Source of the DNA: a virus
Taxonomy: Duplodnaviria > Heunggongvirae > Uroviricota > Caudoviricetes
Direction: 5' to 3' (one strand)
Virus record (IMG/VR): IMGVR_UViG_3300031920_000341
Location: 16,267 to 80,266 of that record
DNA length: 64,000 nt
Shown here: piece after piece, positions 28,938 to 39,029 of the stretch
How positions within the stretch are numbered: position 1 is the first letter of the stretch
How the letters are laid out: each line of letters begins with the position of its first letter
Position numbers and translations under genes: made by a program
The notes under the pieces: model-generated
Databases searched by the model: none
The model's input: the letters and a program-made list of their open reading frames with translations, nothing else
Told to the model about the DNA's origin: nothing

Positions 28938-29804
28938 TTAGTTTATTATTTTTTTTATGATATCTCTTACTGAGTTATCAAATTGCATGTAATTATCAGC
29001 TGTAACTTTATCATTATATGGTCTCGAATGACTAGGATTTCCACCATACCAATGGATTCCTACTACATTTTTATGTATCATTTGACTATTATTTTCTGAA
29101 AAAGTCATTGCTGCAGATTGTTTAATATTTGTTTTAGCAAAAGGAAAGACAATATCTTCATCCATTTTATGTATTTTTAAATCTGTAAATTTATTTATAA
29201 TTGCATATAAAGATGAATAGCCAATTGCATTTGTACCACATGACTCATATACAGCAGGATTATATTTTTTAATACTATTGTGATATATCTCCTCATATAG
29301 TCTATTCTTGCCGTCTAGTGTGACCTTAGAGACCATGAAGGATACTGGGATATAATTCTTCCAATAGTCATAATTACTAAGATTAACATTGGCATCCCAA
29401 TCTATTAATTCATTTTCATCTAATGTATTACAAAAAAGAATATCCATATCAGCAACAATACAAGTTCGTGTAGCTAATAAATACCAATTAAGTATATCTT
29501 TAAACTGAACATTACATATATCTTTAATATTCTTAAGTTCGATTGGAACTATATTTTCTATGTTTATTATATTCAATTTAGGTATATCAAATAGCTTTAA
29601 TCTATAATCTTCACCATTATAAAATTCATCATCTTGTTTTGGTTCTTTTATTGATTTATTCCATTTATTAGTATTAGGCTTTTTATCATCTAATATTAAG
29701 TTAATAGTCCATTCTGGGTTATGAAAGCTAAATGACTTTATTGTCAAATATCTTAAAAATGACATTGATTGATTTCCCCAGAAAAAATATATTTGCTTTT
29801 CCAT
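28938..29804 (-). CDS. DXD-motif (GT32-like) glycosyltransferase
   Basis: IYFFWG, SF..HNPEW, KDIL, ADMDILF, GIHWYGG. Confidence 0.75.
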   Translation of the reverse strand: MEKQIYFFWGNQSMSFLRYLTIKSFSFHNPEWTINLILDDKKPNTNKWNKSIKEPKQDDEFYNGEDYRLKLFDIPKLNIINIENIVPIELKNIKDICNVQFKDILNWYLLATRTCIVADMDILFCNTLDENELIDWDANVNLSNYDYWKNYIPVSFMVSKVTLDGKNRLYEEIYHNSIKKYNPAVYESCGTNAIGYSSLYAIINKFTDLKIHKMDEDIVFPFAKTNIKQSAAMTFSENNSQMIHKNVVGIHWYGGNPSHSRPYNDKVTADNYMQFDNSVRDIIKKIIN

Positions 29805-29811
29805 GTTCGCT

Positions 29812-30585
29812 TTATTTTTTATTTACATGTATAATAGATTCTTGTTGAATTTCAGCATACAGTAGATTATTCTTCTTTGTTAAAACTGGTTCATATATGG
29901 TTGGTTTATGATGTTGATGTAAAACAAATGGATTATCTATCATTACGATATTCATGTTCATTCGTTTTATCCTTAATACAAATTCCATATCATCTCTACC
30001 TATTCCATATGCAAATCGTTCATCAAATCCACCAAGTTTATCTAGATCCTTTTTGCTTATAGCACTACAAAAGTGTAATAATGCTGGTCTATACTTACTG
30101 TGTTGATACCAAGCAGAGTCTTTAGTATTAAATAATCTTCTATTTTTTATTGGTTGTATTACATCAAAAGCTTTTTTTCCTTTACTTATATTTTCAAATT
30201 CCTTTTTATTGCTTGCATAACAACCAAATACCAAATATTTGTTATCTTCTATTTCACGATTTACTGTTTTAATTAATTCACCAATATGTAAACATTCGGG
30301 ATTTTGAATTATTACAACATCACCAGTTACTTTAGCGAAGCCTATATTATATGGTACAGATGGATTAACCCACCATTTATCTTTTTTTGAAATTTTAATT
30401 ACAGTTATATCTAATTTGTTAAATAAATGAGGCATATCATCTATATTATGTTCATCTGAGCTATTATCATTAACTATGATTATTTCTAAATTATCATAAT
30501 GTTGATTCATAATAGAATTAAGTGTATTTATGAGATGGATCCTACGATTATAATATGACATTACTATAGAAATTTTCATATACAT
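29812..30585 (-). CDS. GT2 family glycosyltransferase
   Basis: ISIVMSYYNR, IIIVNDNS, GGFDERF..GIGRDD, HQHH. Confidence 0.9.
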   Translation of the reverse strand: MYMKISIVMSYYNRRIHLINTLNSIMNQHYDNLEIIIVNDNSSDEHNIDDMPHLFNKLDITVIKISKKDKWWVNPSVPYNIGFAKVTGDVVIIQNPECLHIGELIKTVNREIEDNKYLVFGCYASNKKEFENISKGKKAFDVIQPIKNRRLFNTKDSAWYQHSKYRPALLHFCSAISKKDLDKLGGFDERFAYGIGRDDMEFVLRIKRMNMNIVMIDNPFVLHQHHKPTIYEPVLTKKNNLLYAEIQQESIIHVNKK

Positions 30586-30586
30586 A

Positions 30587-31237
30587 TTAATTTTTTATCC
30601 ATGTTGTAAATCCCATATTTTTACTACTACTTTTAGCTAATTTATGAGATTCTCTCCAAATTCTACCAATATCATTTACGATTATATTACCCTCTGAAAT
30701 TGAATTATATTCAGGATAATTTAGCATAATATAATTAGACTCAATTTGTCTTAATTGTAATTCTGGACAATTATTAAATAATAATTTTTTTGCCATACTT
30801 TGTGTCCAACTGCCTTTAAATAAACCAGGAGAAAGTCTAATTCTAAATTTATTTGAATTAAAGAGATATGCATTTAAACTTACACCAAGAATATTATTAT
30901 CTGAATCAATCATTTTTATAAGTGTATTAATATCAACTGGTCTATTTAATAACCAATCATCTTCAAGATTAAATACATACTTAGATATTGCATTTTTCCA
31001 TACCCAACTTAATGCTTTAGGAAAATTACCTTTTTTAGGAAAATTACATTTTACTGTATTAAAGTATTGTTTTGCTACATTAACAACATCAATTTGGTTT
31101 GTTGTTGGTATTGGATCAATATTTATGTATAATGTACAATCTTTAATATCTATTCCATATAAATTTTTACTAAAACTAGAATATGTTTTATCAATTAAAT
31201 CAGGTCGTACTGTTGCTGTTGTTGTAAATGATATCAT
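30587..31237 (-). CDS. GT-A fold glycosyltransferase-like protein
   Basis: TATVRPDL, INID, YVFNLEDDW, DIGRIW. Confidence 0.65.
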   Translation of the reverse strand: MISFTTTATVRPDLIDKTYSSFSKNLYGIDIKDCTLYINIDPIPTTNQIDVVNVAKQYFNTVKCNFPKKGNFPKALSWVWKNAISKYVFNLEDDWLLNRPVDINTLIKMIDSDNNILGVSLNAYLFNSNKFRIRLSPGLFKGSWTQSMAKKLLFNNCPELQLRQIESNYIMLNYPEYNSISEGNIIVNDIGRIWRESHKLAKSSSKNMGFTTWIKN

Positions 31238-31241
31238 AATT

Positions 31242-33251
31242 TTATTTTTTTTCTATTTCTATTAATGGTTTATAATCAAGAAATTGATTTAATTTAGAAT
31301 TATTAGTTAATGATATAAGATTAAATCCTTTATTTTTTAATGATAAAAAATTTGCTTCAACTTTTTTAAATCTATCATTATACCAATTTGGGTTATTATC
31401 ATGTGGATTCCTTGTATCATGTACATTTGACCAAAAATGATTTTTATTATCATCATAACTTAAACTTACAGCATAAATATAATACATAGTTTCAAATCTT
31501 TTATTACCAAAAATATATTTATCAAATATATCTATAGCTGTTGAAGTTGAATCTGGGTATTTTGATCTATCGATTCTATTAAATAATTTAAGTTCACCAC
31601 TTCGTATAAGTTTAGATGTTAATCTATGGTGTTTATTATTAGAGGCATGTACTAACCAATCACTACATACTAAATTCATACTCTTTAAATCAGCATTGCT
31701 TTCAATTAATTCTAATAAAATATCAACATCATTAAAAAATAAGTAATCAGTTTTACAATGTAACCACGTACGATTAATACCAATAGTAATTATATTATCA
31801 GGTATTTTGTTAATATCAAGATTAGTTAAATTTTTATCATTACCTAAAATTAATATTTTCCTTCTAATTTTACTATCAATAATTTTATCTGCTTTAATAT
31901 ACCTTTTCATTTTTCTGATTTCATGTATATCAGTAAATTTATTAACATATGGTATAAATTCATTTATTAATGAATTATTAGTTATAGATACTATATCATA
32001 ACCATTTTCAACCATATTTTTTACTGACATTACTATACTGTAATATTCTGAATTAATTGTATCTTTATCAATTTCACGTATTGGTTTAAAATCTGTATTT
32101 TCCCATATTAATGAATTTGGTGTATATACAAAATCCATTCCACCTAAATAAAATTTACAGTCATAATCTAAAAATATAATATTTGTAAAGATTTCTATTA
32201 TAGAAGATACATTATTTGATTCATATTGTGTTTTATCATTATTATATATTGTTAAATTTTTTTGTCTAAGTAAATCTTTTACGACATTAAATCTTTTACT
32301 ACTTTTTGCTGAAGTTAATAGTTTATTTGATGCGATTAAACGATATTCTTTTATTGTATTATGTTTATATTTTGATATTTCTATTAATTGATTTATATCA
32401 TCAACATAATAATAATCTGGTTTATTTATTAGCCATGATCTATTTAACCCAACTACTATAATATCTCTTGGTAATTTATTAATATTAATATTACGCATAC
32501 TTTTACTATCACTAAGTAATAAAATATTCATAGGTGGTTTTACTATTTTATCTTCTAATATATGTTCTGTTAATTCATTAGTGTCTATGTTATAATTATT
32601 TACAATACTATTTTCTAAGAAATTATTAAGTTGAGATTCTAAATCTATATCAAGTACATCATTTTCTAAATCAAAAAATATTGTATCTTTATTATAAAGG
32701 TTTAATGTTAATTTTTCAATTTCACTCACTTTTGCAATAGCAATATAGTGTGACATTTCAAATACATCAGGATGGTCTTGTCTTCTATAATAATCAGTAT
32801 TTGTTAATGGTGTACCATGTATTCCATCTATTGATTTATAAAAACATAAAAATGGTGAAGATTTTGGTTCCTTTTTACATAATAATGATTTAGCTTTTTC
32901 TTTTAATATCATAGTATATGCAGATTCAACATGTTCCCATTTTCTTTCAGGATATGTTAAATATAATGTTAATATAAAATCTGATGATTTTAATGTTAAT
33001 TCATTTATGAAATGAGATAATACTTCTTTTGTAGATGCAGTATCAGAAGCAATTTTATCTGGTCTAATAATATAATTAACATGATTTTCTTTACAATAGT
33101 TAATTATTTCTTCATCATCAGTACTAACATAAGTATTTTCTTTAAGTTTTTCTGGAATTATGCTTAAAGTATATGGCAATAATTTCCTGTTTTTGAATGG
33201 TGCACCTTTTGATCCACGTCTTGCTGGTATTAAAATGTATAAGTTATTCAT
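31242..33251 (-). CDS. neuA: CMP-nonulosonate synthetase (NeuA) fused to two Maf/DUF115-like transferase domains
   Basis: IPARRGSKGAPFKN, VSTDD, RRQD, DID; then two repeats (ILLLSD...VGLNR...YYVDD...LGGMDF and ILILGN...IGINR...FFND...YAVSL...HFW). Confidence 0.85.
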   Translation of the reverse strand: MNNLYILIPARRGSKGAPFKNRKLLPYTLSIIPEKLKENTYVSTDDEEIINYCKENHVNYIIRPDKIASDTASTKEVLSHFINELTLKSSDFILTLYLTYPERKWEHVESAYTMILKEKAKSLLCKKEPKSSPFLCFYKSIDGIHGTPLTNTDYYRRQDHPDVFEMSHYIAIAKVSEIEKLTLNLYNKDTIFFDLENDVLDIDLESQLNNFLENSIVNNYNIDTNELTEHILEDKIVKPPMNILLLSDSKSMRNININKLPRDIIVVGLNRSWLINKPDYYYVDDINQLIEISKYKHNTIKEYRLIASNKLLTSAKSSKRFNVVKDLLRQKNLTIYNNDKTQYESNNVSSIIEIFTNIIFLDYDCKFYLGGMDFVYTPNSLIWENTDFKPIREIDKDTINSEYYSIVMSVKNMVENGYDIVSITNNSLINEFIPYVNKFTDIHEIRKMKRYIKADKIIDSKIRRKILILGNDKNLTNLDINKIPDNIITIGINRTWLHCKTDYLFFNDVDILLELIESNADLKSMNLVCSDWLVHASNNKHHRLTSKLIRSGELKLFNRIDRSKYPDSTSTAIDIFDKYIFGNKRFETMYYIYAVSLSYDDNKNHFWSNVHDTRNPHDNNPNWYNDRFKKVEANFLSLKNKGFNLISLTNNSKLNQFLDYKPLIEIEKK

Positions 33252-33861
33252 TGAATAATTCTAATTTTCCCTTAGGTACACCAGTTATAAGACTATGTTC
33301 ACTTAAATTAGAAAGATGTGTACCATTTTTTTTTAACTGTTCATATAAGTATTTATAATCTTTACTTATTCTTTCAACATAACCACGTTCAACTAAATTA
33401 TGTTTTCCATCATTGGCATAAAAATGATTATCGGTAAAATCAACACCAAGCATACTAATATGCTTAGCTCCCATTTTATATGCTAATATAATTGCAATAA
33501 ATGGTGAGTTATTACTGTAATCTAATACCATTGCATCATCTTTTAATGTTGCTAAATGTTTTGTGCCAAGTTCAAATAAAACTTGTTTCTTCATATCATG
33601 TAATTTCCAACCCTTTATTTGGGTAAATACATATTTAGCATTACTATTATATACCGATTTATATCTAATACCTTGAAATTTAGCTGGGTGGTCAACAACT
33701 AATAAATATGTCGGATCGATAAAACGACCTATATCATTAACACCAATAGTTATTAGTTGTTTATAATTTGGTATTTTTACAATATCTTTAACAGAAGTTC
33801 CACATCCTAATACAAGGATTTTTTCATCTTTATGAATATCCTTGAATTCTGATATATTCAT
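33244..33861 (-). CDS. Maf/DUF115 (MAF_flag10-like) nonulosonyltransferase-like protein
   Basis: [51 protein letters not shown]. Likely start ATG 33861. Confidence 0.75.
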   Translation of the reverse strand: MNISEFKDIHKDEKILVLGCGTSVKDIVKIPNYKQLITIGVNDIGRFIDPTYLLVVDHPAKFQGIRYKSVYNSNAKYVFTQIKGWKLHDMKKQVLFELGTKHLATLKDDAMVLDYSNNSPFIAIILAYKMGAKHISMLGVDFTDNHFYANDGKHNLVERGYVERISKDYKYLYEQLKKNGTHLSNLSEHSLITGVPKGKLELFNE

Positions 33862-33882
33862 ATGGTATAAAACATTTATATT

Positions 33883-33937
33883 ATTATATAGAAAAAAATT
33901 CAAAAGATTTAAACTTTATTATATTTTTTTATATAAT
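33883..33937. promoter_or_regulatory. Back-to-back divergent promoters
   Basis: Minus AATCT-N16-TATAAT (33909-33883) faces the glycan cluster; plus AAACT-N16-TATAAT (33911-33937) faces dnaJ. Confidence 0.6.
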
Positions 33938-33941
33938 AGGC

Positions 33942-34898
33942 ATGGTAAAAGATTATTACAAAATATTAGAAGTAAAAAAAGATACATCTCAAAAGGATAT
34001 TAAGTCAGCTTACAGAACATTGGCTAAGAAATATCATCCAGATAAAAATCCAGATAATAAAGAATCGGAAGCTAAATTTAAAGAGATTGTGGAAGCATAT
34101 GAAGTACTGAGCGATAAAACTAAACGTGCCGAATATGATAGACCAAAAAATTATAATGGTTTTGGTAATGGATTCACTGGAGCATATGGTAGACCATTTA
34201 ATAATGGCCGTGGATATAGTGGAGCAGAATTTGCTAAAATGGTTAGGATTAGACAAGTAAAGGAACAATTAACATTAGGATTTTTATCAAGAGTTGAATT
34301 AAAAAACATAATGCTTGGTGAAACTATTAATATTAATTACAAGAGAGAAACAGTATGTTTAGAATGTAGACATATGGTAAATAAAAATAATTGTAAAGTT
34401 TGTAATGGTAGTGGAATTATAGTTGAAAATACAAATGCTACATTTGAAATAAACATTTCAAAAAATAGATATACAGTAGAAATTATTAATGGTATATCTA
34501 CACTTCGTTTAGAATTATCTGAACGTGGACATCAAGCATTGGTTGAAGATACAATAGTAACCGGAAATTTAATTATACGAGTTGAAATAATAACTAATAA
34601 AAATGTTGAATTAAATTTCTTTAATGGTAATATTATACATTTAGTAGATATCAACCTGGTAGATTTATTAGACTCCCATATAAAATTAAAGACTATACAT
34701 GATAAAGAAATCAAAATGTCTTTAGAAAATAAACAAATTGCAAGTAATGGGAAATTACGTATACCAAATTATGGATTACCTAACGCTCAAGCCTTTGGTG
34801 ATTATTTTTTCAAGTTAAATATCAAATTACCTGACTTTAGTAAGCTATCAAAAACTAATAGACGTAGGTTAATAAACATTTTAAATAAACTAGAATAA
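33942..34898 (+). CDS. dnaJ: DnaJ-family co-chaperone
   Basis: J domain DYYKILEV...YHPDKN...AYEVLSD, G/F-rich linker, single Zn site (CLEC...CKVCNGSG), DnaJ C-domain. Confidence 0.92.
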   Translation: MVKDYYKILEVKKDTSQKDIKSAYRTLAKKYHPDKNPDNKESEAKFKEIVEAYEVLSDKTKRAEYDRPKNYNGFGNGFTGAYGRPFNNGRGYSGAEFAKMVRIRQVKEQLTLGFLSRVELKNIMLGETININYKRETVCLECRHMVNKNNCKVCNGSGIIVENTNATFEINISKNRYTVEIINGISTLRLELSERGHQALVEDTIVTGNLIIRVEIITNKNVELNFFNGNIIHLVDINLVDLLDSHIKLKTIHDKEIKMSLENKQIASNGKLRIPNYGLPNAQAFGDYFFKLNIKLPDFSKLSKTNRRRLINILNKLE

Positions 34899-34922
34899 TC
34901 ATTTTTTAAAGTATATTTTCAT

Positions 34923-34955
34923 AAGCGTTGGTTTTAATTAATCAGCGCTTTTTTT
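34923..34955 (+). terminator. Intrinsic terminator
   Basis: AAGCGTTGGTT...AATCAGCGCTT plus T tract after dnaJ. Confidence 0.7.
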
Positions 34956-35018
34956 ATAATGTAACTAACATATGTATTTTATTTAATTTAATGTTACTTT
35001 TTTTGTTTAAGTTTCAGT

Positions 35019-35026
35019 TATAAATA
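35019..35026 (+). promoter_or_regulatory. T4-type late promoter TATAAATA
   Basis: Exact T4 late consensus 20 nt upstream of the protease gene. TAAATA cores also precede the genes at 8370, 10134, 13388, 39030, 40666 and 54777. Confidence 0.65.
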
Positions 35027-35046
35027 ATAAAAAACTTGCAAGTTAT

Positions 35047-37167
35047 ATGAATACTAACTTTAATACCGGCGATTATGTTCTATTGTTAGAACGACATAAC
35101 ATGACACGTAGTTCAAATGACGATTATGTATTTGAGGGTATTTGTGCCAAATTTGGCATAGCTAACGAAAATATGAGAGAATATTCTAAATCTGATTATT
35201 TGCCTCACCTAGAATACTTAAATCAAAAAATAGCAAAAAGGTCTTTACTTGGAGAACTTGACCATCCTAAAGATTATGAAGTATCTTTACAAAATGCATC
35301 ACATATTGTAGAGAAACTATGGTACGAAGAATCTGACGATAGTGTTAGAATTCGTATCCGCTTATTAAATGGTACACCTAATGGTGACTTAGCTAAATCA
35401 CTTGTTGATATGGGCGTTCCCTTATCTATCTCATCTCGTGCTGTTGGTCAAATCAAAGAAAGCAAGCAAGTTAAATTACACAGAATATTTACATATGATT
35501 TAGTTGCTGAACCTGGATTTTCTGAAGCTGTTCTTGATAGAAAATTAAATGAAAGTTTTAGCCCTATGGTTGGAATTAACGAACAATTTGATGAAATGAA
35601 AAAAGATTCATTATTTACATCACATATAAATGATGTTAATAACCAACAAAATTTTGCCGATGGTATTAAAATATATAAAATAAACGATTCAGATGAGATT
35701 TTATCTAAATTTAAACTTAATGAATCCTCTGAAAATAATAACGAAACAATGGATAATAACTATGTTAAGAGTGACGATTTTAATGATTTCAGCTTAGTGA
35801 CTAAGACTGAAATATCGAGTATTAAAAATACACTCGGTACTATAAATGAAAATCTTAAAACTGTAATTGATGCAACAAAACCTAAAAAGACTAATGAGGC
35901 TATTGAAGATATTCAAGCCATGCAAGCACAAGAGGTAGCACAAGATACAGAAGCACAAGATGCTCAAACGCAAATACAGGATGTAGATGCTCAAACTCAA
36001 GGAACACAAGAAGCTGAAACAACAGAACTTGAAAATGTAAGTGCAGATGATGATGATAAAACAGTAATTAGCAAACTTGCAGCTTATGTACAATACTTAT
36101 CAGATCAAGTTAAAGTTGTAATGGATCACAGTGATATTGTTACTGAGAATCTTAATAAGGTAATCAATTATTCACAGAATATTGGTTTTGCGGTTAACGA
36201 ACATGTTAATCATACTAACGGTGGATTTAAAACTGTTAATGATGCAATCAATTACATGCAATTTGTTGGACAGGTAGTTAATAGAGTTGATGAAAGTCAA
36301 GAGAAGATAATTAAATATGCTAATGAGCATACTAAAGTAATTAATGAAATGATTTTATTTAGTGATTACAATAGCGGTTTAGTTGGTAACATTGTTGAAC
36401 ATACAAACTATTTAGCAAACGTTCTACGTGGTAGTTCACTTGCTGACGGTAAAGGAACATCTGCAATCGAGAGAAATCTTGGTGCAAACATTGAATCAAT
36501 CAGTGAAAGTATAGTTACTGATACAGGAATGGTAAAAACCGATACAAGTAATGTAGTAAATGAAACTAAAGGTGAATTGATTACTGAAAAGGTCGATGCT
36601 TTACTTAGTTCAATTGAAAAGGACAGAGTATCAAATGTACTTGAAGCAAGACATCCGTTCCTTAAACTGTTAACTGAAGATGATAAAGGTAAATTCTATA
36701 AATTAGGCAATGATATGAAAACTAAAGTTGTTGCTACAATGGAAGCTTCTGTATATTTCAATAGAGAAGATGTTGTTAATCTTATGAATTCAATAATTCT
36801 TGAAGAAAATGCATCATTACCAAATCACTTAAAATTCATACCGGAAAAATTTAAACCAATTTATTCTGAAATGAATGAATCACAAAAAGTACAGCTCGAT
36901 AGAGCAGCTAAAAGCGGTATCTATAAACTTAATTCTGCCTACCAGGTTAAGTTTTTCTGGGAAAGCCAAGATTTTTCTGGCATAAAGGCTCAGATACATA
37001 ATGATAGGTTAGTTGAACAAAAAGCTAACAATGCACAAAAGAATTTAAATGAAGACCAAAGTAAAGAAGGTTTCATAAAAATCTCTGATTTAAACGAAGC
37101 AAAAAGAGGATATTCTTCTGATTACTTAGATTCAATCAGAAACACTGGTAGAAAAATAACAAATTAA
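35047..37167 (+). CDS. Prohead protease (gp21-like) fused to scaffold/core domain
   Basis: NENMREY, LGELDHP, ASH, GTPNG, SISSRAVG, TYDLVAEPGF, followed by ~540 aa helical region rich in (L/I/V)NE sites. Confidence 0.9.
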   Translation: MNTNFNTGDYVLLLERHNMTRSSNDDYVFEGICAKFGIANENMREYSKSDYLPHLEYLNQKIAKRSLLGELDHPKDYEVSLQNASHIVEKLWYEESDDSVRIRIRLLNGTPNGDLAKSLVDMGVPLSISSRAVGQIKESKQVKLHRIFTYDLVAEPGFSEAVLDRKLNESFSPMVGINEQFDEMKKDSLFTSHINDVNNQQNFADGIKIYKINDSDEILSKFKLNESSENNNETMDNNYVKSDDFNDFSLVTKTEISSIKNTLGTINENLKTVIDATKPKKTNEAIEDIQAMQAQEVAQDTEAQDAQTQIQDVDAQTQGTQEAETTELENVSADDDDKTVISKLAAYVQYLSDQVKVVMDHSDIVTENLNKVINYSQNIGFAVNEHVNHTNGGFKTVNDAINYMQFVGQVVNRVDESQEKIIKYANEHTKVINEMILFSDYNSGLVGNIVEHTNYLANVLRGSSLADGKGTSAIERNLGANIESISESIVTDTGMVKTDTSNVVNETKGELITEKVDALLSSIEKDRVSNVLEARHPFLKLLTEDDKGKFYKLGNDMKTKVVATMEASVYFNREDVVNLMNSIILEENASLPNHLKFIPEKFKPIYSEMNESQKVQLDRAAKSGIYKLNSAYQVKFFWESQDFSGIKAQIHNDRLVEQKANNAQKNLNEDQSKEGFIKISDLNEAKRGYSSDYLDSIRNTGRKITN

Positions 37168-37169
37168 AA

Positions 37170-38900
37170 ATGAACACTAAATTAATTAAACGTAGTCATG
37201 ACCGTGCGATTTTAGAAACTTGGACTCCGATACTTAAGGATTATGGTATTGTAGCTAGTGGAGATAACGCATATCAGAAAGTACGTAGTCAAGAGCGTAT
37301 CGAAATGATTGCCGAGTATGCACATAACCATGCAGCCTGGGACAATTATGGCGACGATTTTGGTAGTAAAATGTTGAATGAAGCAGTAACACCTGGTTTA
37401 TTCTTCCAACAACCTGGTTCAATCTCAGCAATGGGTAATCCTATTGCTCCAACCCCATCTCAAATACCTTTCCCTAGTGGTGATAAAGGTGCGAGTGGTG
37501 ACTCTGGATCTGGTGACAAATTCCCAAGTCTATTACCTATAGCAATCCAGGTAGCAGCTAAAACTATTGGATTTGACCTTGTGTCTGTAATTCCAATGGA
37601 TACACCTGTAGGATTTATTCCTTACCTAGATTACGTATATATGGGCGGTAACCTTGATACTGAATTTCCACCATTCCTAATCAAACTTAGTCTATTTGAC
37701 ACAACAGCTGAATCCGATGCATCTCCTGCTGAGATACTTGGTGATGTTGCTGTTGGTACAACATTTATGGTAATGGGTGGATCACCTAGTACTGAAATGA
37801 TTGAATTAAAACTTGTTGGTTTTAGTCGTGTAGATGCATCTGCAGTATTCCGCGTTATTGATTTAACCGCTGCTACTGTAGAAGCTGCTTTCGCTGCTGG
37901 TTATATTTTAACTAATACATCTTCAAGCAAAGAGTACACTTTAACTACAAGTAATAATACTGTTGATCTTGTATCAGCTCTTGAGAATCAAATTTCTGGT
38001 TTCACAAGTACTGATGATACAATGACAGACGACTGGTCTGGTCCTTTCCTACCGGAAATGACTTCAGGTAGTATGGCATTCCCAGGTTCAATGAAAAGAG
38101 AACAAGCTGAGAAAGCTAAATTCCGTCAAATGGGTGTTAAAATGTTCACAAAATTTGTAGAGGCTGAAGGTGACCAAGTTGCTTTAAGTGCTACAGTTGA
38201 ACAAATCCAAGATTTCAACCGTGTTTGGAACTTTGATGTTATCTCAATGTTAGAGAACATTGGTGTTAATGACATTGCTCAAAACATCAACAAGCGTATT
38301 GTTTCACGTCAAATGGAACTTGGCTATATTCACGATCAAGAAATTGCAAAAGCAGAAGGTGCTGGTTTAACTACACTTAGCTTAGCAGCAGGTGGTGGAT
38401 TTGAGAATACTTCAACTTTACAGCGTAGAGTTGCAACGAAGATTCTTGAAATGGCAAACCTTGTTTATCACAGAAGTCGTTGGGGTGGTGGTGAATATGT
38501 TGTAACAAACGGTCGCGTTGCTTCTGCAATCGCTGATATCGCAGGTTACTCAATCGCAACTGCACCTATCAATACTCCTTCTGCAGCTGGTCAGCTAACT
38601 CCTGCCGGTTCAGTTTGGGGACTTCAAATCTATGTTGATCCTAACTTAAAGTGGGGAGATAACAAAGTACTAATTGGACGTAAAGGAAAAGATGAAGAGC
38701 CTGGTCTCAAATTCTTACCTTATATCATGGCTGAAAGCCTACAGACAATCTCTGAAGGAACTTTCTCACCTAAGATTGGTATAAAAAGCAGGTATGCAAT
38801 TACTGAAGCTGGATGGCATCCAGAAACTCAGTATATCCTGTTAGAAGTTGATGGCATCAATAAGATTGTTGCTGGAGCTCCTGCAGTACCTGAAGCATAA
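37170..38900 (+). CDS. Major capsid protein (T4 gp23-like)
   Basis: IGFDLVSVIPMDTPVG, INKRIV, GGEYVVTN, IYVDP, LIGRKG, FLPY, TFSPKIGIKSRYA; follows the protease gene. Confidence 0.93.
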   Translation: MNTKLIKRSHDRAILETWTPILKDYGIVASGDNAYQKVRSQERIEMIAEYAHNHAAWDNYGDDFGSKMLNEAVTPGLFFQQPGSISAMGNPIAPTPSQIPFPSGDKGASGDSGSGDKFPSLLPIAIQVAAKTIGFDLVSVIPMDTPVGFIPYLDYVYMGGNLDTEFPPFLIKLSLFDTTAESDASPAEILGDVAVGTTFMVMGGSPSTEMIELKLVGFSRVDASAVFRVIDLTAATVEAAFAAGYILTNTSSSKEYTLTTSNNTVDLVSALENQISGFTSTDDTMTDDWSGPFLPEMTSGSMAFPGSMKREQAEKAKFRQMGVKMFTKFVEAEGDQVALSATVEQIQDFNRVWNFDVISMLENIGVNDIAQNINKRIVSRQMELGYIHDQEIAKAEGAGLTTLSLAAGGGFENTSTLQRRVATKILEMANLVYHRSRWGGGEYVVTNGRVASAIADIAGYSIATAPINTPSAAGQLTPAGSVWGLQIYVDPNLKWGDNKVLIGRKGKDEEPGLKFLPYIMAESLQTISEGTFSPKIGIKSRYAITEAGWHPETQYILLEVDGINKIVAGAPAVPEA

Positions 38901-38921
38901 GCTAATGGATACTGATAATAT

Positions 38922-38955
38922 AAAAGGGAAGATATTAGTTATCTTCCCTTTTTTT
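38922..38955 (+). terminator. Intrinsic terminator after major capsid gene
   Basis: AAAAGGGAAGATA-ttagt-TATCTTCCCTTTTTTT. Confidence 0.9.
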
Positions 38956-39029
38956 ATTATAAATCGTAGATAAATAAATAAAACAAATAGTACTATAATG
39001 TACTGATAATAAAAAAAATATTCATTACT

